Positions 18,056 through 21,831 of a stretch of 21,831 bases of DNA are shown here, piece after piece. This DNA comes from Candidatus Phoenicimicrobium oleiphilum (lineage in GTDB: Bacteria > Atribacterota > Phoenicimicrobiia > Phoenicimicrobiales > Phoenicimicrobiaceae), in contig JBDIWJ010000032.1 of NCBI GenBank assembly GCA_039638295.1, positions 1 through 21,831 of the forward strand. The letters are read 5' to 3'. The translations under genes were made by a program, and so were the position numbers. Under the pieces are notes generated by a model. That model was given only the letters and a program-made list of their open reading frames with translations, made no database searches and was not told the origin of the DNA. The number at the start of each line of letters is the position of its first letter. Position 1 is the stretch's first letter.

Positions 18056-18079
18056 GTAGGACAGGCGTCTTGCCTGTCC
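18056..18079 (+). repeat. GTAG-type REP palindrome (second sequence class)
   Basis: GTA-GGACAGGC-GTCTT-GCCTGTCC, 8-bp perfect stem. Confidence 0.75.
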
Positions 18080-18234
18080 ATACTTATGCCCGCAAAAGCA
18101 GATAGGTTAAAAACCATAATTTAAAACTCAAAATTTTTCTTAAAACTAATTAAGAATCCAGAATTCAGGAGCTAGGAGTCAGAATATAGTATTATATATA
18201 TGATTACTACCCAAAAAGCAAACAATATGGGAAT

Positions 18235-18260
18235 GTAGGGGCACGATGCATCGTGCCCAC
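18235..18260 (+). repeat. GTAG-type REP palindrome
   Basis: GTAG-GGGCACGATGCATCGTGCCC-AC (perfect 20-bp palindrome); one mismatch to 9723-9748. Confidence 0.88.
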
Positions 18261-18392
18261 GGGAAACATTATACTGAATTCTGGCTTTTGACTTCTATCT
18301 TGTTTACGAGATATGATTTACAATATACAAAATACAAAACGCTAACGACTATTCACTATCGACTAACGACTAATAAAGAAGGAGGTGTGTTT

Positions 18393-18770
18393 TTGAAAAA
18401 AAATTCTTTAAACATTGCTAAAATAGCTGCAGCTGCCGCAGTAGAGAAAAAAGCAAAAGACACGGTAATATTGAATCTAAGCAAATTAACTTTAATTGCT
18501 GACTATTTTGTAATCACTACTGGTGATTCAGAACCTCAATTAAAAGCAATAAATAATTTTATAATGAAAAAATTGAAAGAGAGTGAAATTAGATTATTAC
18601 ATTGTGAGGGCAGACCGGAGACAGGATGGATTTTATTGGATTATGGGGATGTAGTAGTTCATATATTTTCTAAAGAAAAAAGAGAGTTTTACGATTTAGA
18701 ATATATATGGCAGGAGGCAAATAGGATTCGACTTTTAAAGAGAAAAGTCAAAGAGGAGGAGGAGCAATGA
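18393..18770 (+). CDS. rsfS: Ribosome silencing factor RsfS (Iojap)
   Basis: EKKAKD, IADYFVITTG, WILLDYGDVVVHIF, REFYDLEYIW. TTG 18393 follows AAGGAGGTG; ORF-track extension to 18246 is repeat DNA. Confidence 0.95.
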   Translation: MKKNSLNIAKIAAAAAVEKKAKDTVILNLSKLTLIADYFVITTGDSEPQLKAINNFIMKKLKESEIRLLHCEGRPETGWILLDYGDVVVHIFSKEKREFYDLEYIWQEANRIRLLKRKVKEEEEQ

Positions 18771-19147
18771 GTGCTCGTGAAGAGGGAAAAGGGAGTTGGA
18801 TTTTTGGATTAATAATATTAGTAATTGGTATAATATTTATAGTAGAAAATTTTACAGATTTGGAAATATGGGGAAGAGTATGGAACCTATGGCCACTAAT
18901 TTTAGTTATCGGGGGAATTAAAGAAATATGGCAAAATAAATCAATTTTTTTTGGGATAATACTAATTGCCATAGGAGGTATATTTTTGGGTAAATATTTT
19001 TTTGATTTTGTGATATCAGAAAATATCTGGAGATTTTGGCCCATACTGATAATTGCTTTGGGAATTGATCAAATTTTTAAATCCTTTGGAATAGGTAAAA
19101 TTAGAGCCAAGGGAAAAGCAAAAGAAGAAGAAGAAGAAGAGATATAG
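18767..19147 (+). CDS. Small membrane protein, DUF5668/LiaF-TM-like (two internal repeats)
   Basis: Two G-I/L-ILI..G ... W..WP..LI..G units; ATGA overlap with rsfS; GGAGG SD. Confidence 0.72.
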   Translation: MSAREEGKGSWIFGLIILVIGIIFIVENFTDLEIWGRVWNLWPLILVIGGIKEIWQNKSIFFGIILIAIGGIFLGKYFFDFVISENIWRFWPILIIALGIDQIFKSFGIGKIRAKGKAKEEEEEEI

Positions 19148-19152
19148 TTCCT

Positions 19153-20220
19153 TTATTTTTTATTTCTTTTATTTTTAAACTTTTTAATTTCCAATAAAAG
19201 GACGATTGCTCCGATGAACAAATTAAAATAAAAGACTATAAATCTCCAAGCCCCAACAAAAAGTCCCAAAAGATGATAAGGGACAAAGAGCGAAAATAAA
19301 GTTGCAAAGCCTAATTCTGCTGTACCACTTCCACCCGGGGTAGGCATAAAAGGTAAAATAAAATAAAATATAATTTGTGTTATTAACACTTGGGAGAAAT
19401 TAAATTTTAAGTTAAATCCCCAGAGAAGTAAGGGGGCTATTAAGAAAAAGGTGCCCCAGAAGATAATGGTATATAGGGTAGCTAATAATAATTTAACCCA
19501 ATTTTCTTTTATTAGATAAAAACTTTTATGAAATTTTCTAATTTCGAAAATTATTTTCTCAGTTAAACTCGATACTTTTTCTTTTTTGAAAAAGTTAGAA
19601 AGACAGGGAAATTGTTTAATTCTAAAGATTATTTTTATCATCCTTTCTGGGTGTCTTACCACTAAAATGAATAGGTAAATAAGTAAAAGAGAGAATAAGG
19701 TAACCAGGATAACAAGAATTGCAGAAAAAGTAACATAACTGGTAATTGTTTTGCTAAAGAAGAAGAAAACGATAGGAGTAGTGATTGAAAAGACCAGTGT
19801 TTTAAGTAAAGGAATAACAGTGGCTATCATTGTCGCCTTGCCCAGGGGTATTTTATATTTAAGATTTTTATTAAATAAATACATTTGAGCGGGCAAAGTC
19901 CCGGAGAAAAAAGGAGTTATGCTACCGGCAAAGTTACTGATATAGTGTACTTTTAAAGCTTCTACAAAGGTAATTTTTTCATTAACTGCCTCTACGATCG
20001 TTTTTATTCTGAGGGCGGCTATTATAGCAGAAAATACTATTAAAGTAAAAGATAAAAAAAGGTATTTTTTATTAACATAAGATAAACTTGTCAAGACATT
20101 CTGGTTATTAGTAACAAAAGTAATAACCAAAAAGGCAATTACTCCAATAACTAAGGAAATTATTAATCCTTTGAAAATTCTTTTTTTATCTAAAATTAAT
20201 TCGTTCAAACAATCGTTCAC
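19153..20220 (-). CDS. Lysylphosphatidylglycerol synthase TM / flippase-like membrane protein (UPF0104)
   Basis: Multi-TM; SITPFFSGTLPAQ, MPTPGGSGTAELGF, WRFIVFY. Start is GTG 20220 or, with better SD spacing, TTG 20208. Confidence 0.85.
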   Translation of the reverse strand: MNDCLNELILDKKRIFKGLIISLVIGVIAFLVITFVTNNQNVLTSLSYVNKKYLFLSFTLIVFSAIIAALRIKTIVEAVNEKITFVEALKVHYISNFAGSITPFFSGTLPAQMYLFNKNLKYKIPLGKATMIATVIPLLKTLVFSITTPIVFFFFSKTITSYVTFSAILVILVTLFSLLLIYLFILVVRHPERMIKIIFRIKQFPCLSNFFKKEKVSSLTEKIIFEIRKFHKSFYLIKENWVKLLLATLYTIIFWGTFFLIAPLLLWGFNLKFNFSQVLITQIIFYFILPFMPTPGGSGTAELGFATLFSLFVPYHLLGLFVGAWRFIVFYFNLFIGAIVLLLEIKKFKNKRNKK

Positions 20221-20230
20221 CCCTTCAAAC

Positions 20231-20297
20231 TAGTCGTTAGTGAATAGTCGTTAGTATTTAGTATATAATATATAGTAAAGAAAAGGAAGATAGAATA
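20231..20297. repeat. Heptamer arm directly upstream of the minus-strand gene
   Basis: TAGTCGTTAGTGAATAGTCGTTAGTATTTAGTATA; on the minus strand this reads as the ACTAACG/CTATTCA right arm preceding the SD GAAGGGG. Continuation TAGTAAAGAAAA..GAAG.TAGAATA resembles 6867-6897. Confidence 0.85.
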
Positions 20298-20337
20298 GGA
20301 ATTAAAATTATAGAAGTATAGGTGTATTGCTATATGC

Positions 20338-20453
20338 CCTCAATAAGCTATATTAGACTGAAGGACAGGCGTTCCCCTTTACTCGTTTTCACGAGCACAT
20401 GTTTCACAGGGACAAGTCCGTCTGTTGAGGTAGTTGCTCGATTCACCGAGTGC
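20338..20453. repeat. GC-richer nested hairpin plus degenerate GTAG REP in the divergent spacer
   Basis: CCTCAA/TTGAGG outer pair, GGAC/GTCC, TCCC/GGGA, CTCGT-TTTC-ACGAG inner hairpin; GTAGTT-GCTCG-ATTCAC-CGAGT at 20430-20451. Confidence 0.55.
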
Positions 20454-20542
20454 GTTAAAAGATACTATTGATTATTGAATTTTAGAGTATAATAATAAAA
20501 AAATGATTAGAATATTAAATTATTTAAAAGGATGATTCATTA

Positions 20543-21226
20543 ATGAAAGGGACCATTGTAAATGTAATAGCTATTTTTTTGGGATGTTCAGTAGGATTTA
20601 TTTTGAAGAGTAAATTCCCTGAAAAAATCGGAAAGATTATTATGCAAGCTTTAGGGTTGGTTTCTTTATTAATTGGTATGCAGATGGCTCTTAAAACAAA
20701 CAATATCTTATTAATAATCTTTTCTTTGGTGATTGGTGGGATAATAGGAGAATTAATGGGGATTGAAGAAGGATTAGAAAGATTTGGAGAGAAGATAAGG
20801 TCAAAATTTAAAGGTAACACTGCTTCTGAAAGATTTGTTGAGGGATTTATTACTGCCAGCTTGTTATATTGTGTTGGCTCTATGGCTATAATGGGTGCAC
20901 TCAAAGAGGGGTTAAGTGGTAATCCAGATATACTCTATACTAAATCATTGTTGGATGGAGTTACTTCTATTGCCTTTACTGCCGCCATGGGGATAGGGGT
21001 GTTGTTTTCTACAATTCCGGTATTTTTGTATCAAGGAGGAATTACTTTACTGGCTCAATTGATTAAAGATTTTCTCTCTCCAGAGGTAATAAATGAAATG
21101 ACTGCTGTGGGAGGAATTTTAATATTGGGCCTAGGCTTTGGATTATTGGAGGTCAAAAAGATTAAAGTAGGAAATTTACTACCAGCTATCGTGGTTGCCG
21201 CTATTTTAGCAACAATTTTTAGTTGA
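20543..21226 (+). CDS. DUF554 family membrane protein
   Basis: MKGTIVNVIAI, GFITASLLYCVGSMAIMG, LYTKSLLDG, VFLYQG, EMTAVGG, IKVGNLLPA. Confidence 0.9.
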   Translation: MKGTIVNVIAIFLGCSVGFILKSKFPEKIGKIIMQALGLVSLLIGMQMALKTNNILLIIFSLVIGGIIGELMGIEEGLERFGEKIRSKFKGNTASERFVEGFITASLLYCVGSMAIMGALKEGLSGNPDILYTKSLLDGVTSIAFTAAMGIGVLFSTIPVFLYQGGITLLAQLIKDFLSPEVINEMTAVGGILILGLGFGLLEVKKIKVGNLLPAIVVAAILATIFS

Positions 21227-21273
21227 AATAGTAAAAGAGCCAAGATTAAAAGGATACAAAAGGGTATATACAA

Positions 21274-21831
21274 ATGAAGTCAGAATTTAAACAGAGAAAT
21301 AAAAATGATAAAAATTTAAAACAAAAAATATGGATAGAAAGAATCAAAGAGAATAAAGAAGTATTTGTAGTAGCTGGTATGGTTATATTTTTAAGTATTA
21401 TAGTCTACTTGAGTGAGGTCTTAGATATTCCCCATTACTTTTTTGGTTTTCCAAGAACTACAGTAAACAGGGGAGAAGCCCTTTTTCTAATTATTCTAAT
21501 AATTTTAATCGGTAGTACAGCAATTATTATAATTAAGCGTATTATTGGTGAACGCAGAAAATATTTAGATATCTTGAGGGAGTCAGAAGAAAAATACCAT
21601 ACCCTCTTTGATAATATGCCGGGGGCTTATTATCGTGCAGATATAGAAGGGAATATTCTGCTGATAAATCCTCACGGAGCCAAATTGCTGGGCTATAACT
21701 CTCCCCAAGAGATTATAGGGAAAAATCTGGCGAAGGATTTATATTATATCCCTGAAGATAGAAAGGTATTTTTAGAAGAACTGAAAAAAAGAAAAGGAAA
21801 TATTAAGGATTATGAAGTAACCTTGAAAAGA
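21274..21831 (+). CDS. Membrane-anchored PAS-domain sensor protein (partial, runs off the window)
   Basis: Hand translation from ATG 21274 is open to the edge: two TM segments, then LRESEEKYHTLFDNMPGAYYRADIEGNILLINPHGAKLLGYNSPQEIIGKN (PAS S-box). Output domain not visible. Confidence 0.85.
   Translation, partial: MKSEFKQRNKNDKNLKQKIWIERIKENKEVFVVAGMVIFLSIIVYLSEVLDIPHYFFGFPRTTVNRGEALFLIILIILIGSTAIIIIKRIIGERRKYLDILRESEEKYHTLFDNMPGAYYRADIEGNILLINPHGAKLLGYNSPQEIIGKNLAKDLYYIPEDRKVFLEELKKRKGNIKDYEVTLKR

Larger units (their letters stand above)
18033..18372. repeat. Composite intergenic element: inverted heptamer arms enclosing two REPs and an inverted copy of the 1353-1529 repeat
   Basis: Left arm TAGTCGTTAGTGAATAGATGTTAG 18033-18056; 18109-18200 matches rc of 1435-1529; 18271-18372 matches rc of 13414-13515; right arm CTAACGACTATTCACTATCGACTAACGACTA 18342-18372. 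Confidence 0.92.

Noticed and set aside
18246..18392. N-terminal extension of rsfS
   Set aside because: Runs through REP and heptamer DNA; the strong SD points to TTG 18393.
15643..18770. nadD-yqeK-LCP-rsfS cluster as a novel system
   Set aside because: This is a familiar conserved neighbourhood in many bacteria.
1353..20297. Intergenic repeats as a CRISPR array
   Set aside because: No constant 25-40-bp repeat with unique, regularly sized spacers, and no cas genes.
20465..20496. Sigma70 promoter for DUF554 (TTGATT ... TATAAT)
   Set aside because: Spacing between the two hexamers is 14 nt and the region is very AT-rich, so it cannot be called with confidence.
373..21273. Short minus-strand ORFs inside genes (373-783, 1738-1920, 2492-2710, 6368-6562, 6978-7226, 7728-7925, 8874-9278, 9839-10030, 12183-12383, 12732-12926, 14256-14555, 15443-15643, 16650-16835, 17387-17617, 18748-19044, 20524-20904, 21055-21273)
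   Set aside because: Antisense shadows of well-supported + strand genes, with no motifs.

Overview
AT-rich chromosomal window, almost all on the + strand and mostly housekeeping genes: exbB-exbD-(TonB-like/DUF3048 fusion), xerD, punA, a COG2426 membrane protein, mtnA, murA, mreB/mbl, a SpoIVB-type S55 peptidase, ispD-ispE-ispF, DUF1844, a TPR protein, nadD-yqeK-LCP-rsfS, a small membrane protein, a convergent LPG-synthase-TM/flippase-like gene, DUF554, and a PAS sensor cut by the window edge. No transposase, tRNA, rRNA or CRISPR array was seen. Two things stand out. (1) Nearly every long spacer is built from a shared, ordered set of degenerate 7/8-nt repeat blocks. A TAGTCGT/TAGTGAA arm starts at, and sometimes supplies, the upstream stop codon, and its reverse complement sits just before the downstream RBS. 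About 100-bp stretches are shared between spacers, with GTAG-type REP palindromes nested inside. (2) An ExbB/ExbD motor is followed by a protein with a TonB-like anchor (S-x3-N) and Pro/Lys/Glu-rich linker that ends in a DUF3048 domain rather than TonB_C. The mix of a diderm-type motor with Firmicutes-like genes at low GC suggests a lineage such as Atribacterota (weak inference). All alignments were done by eye.
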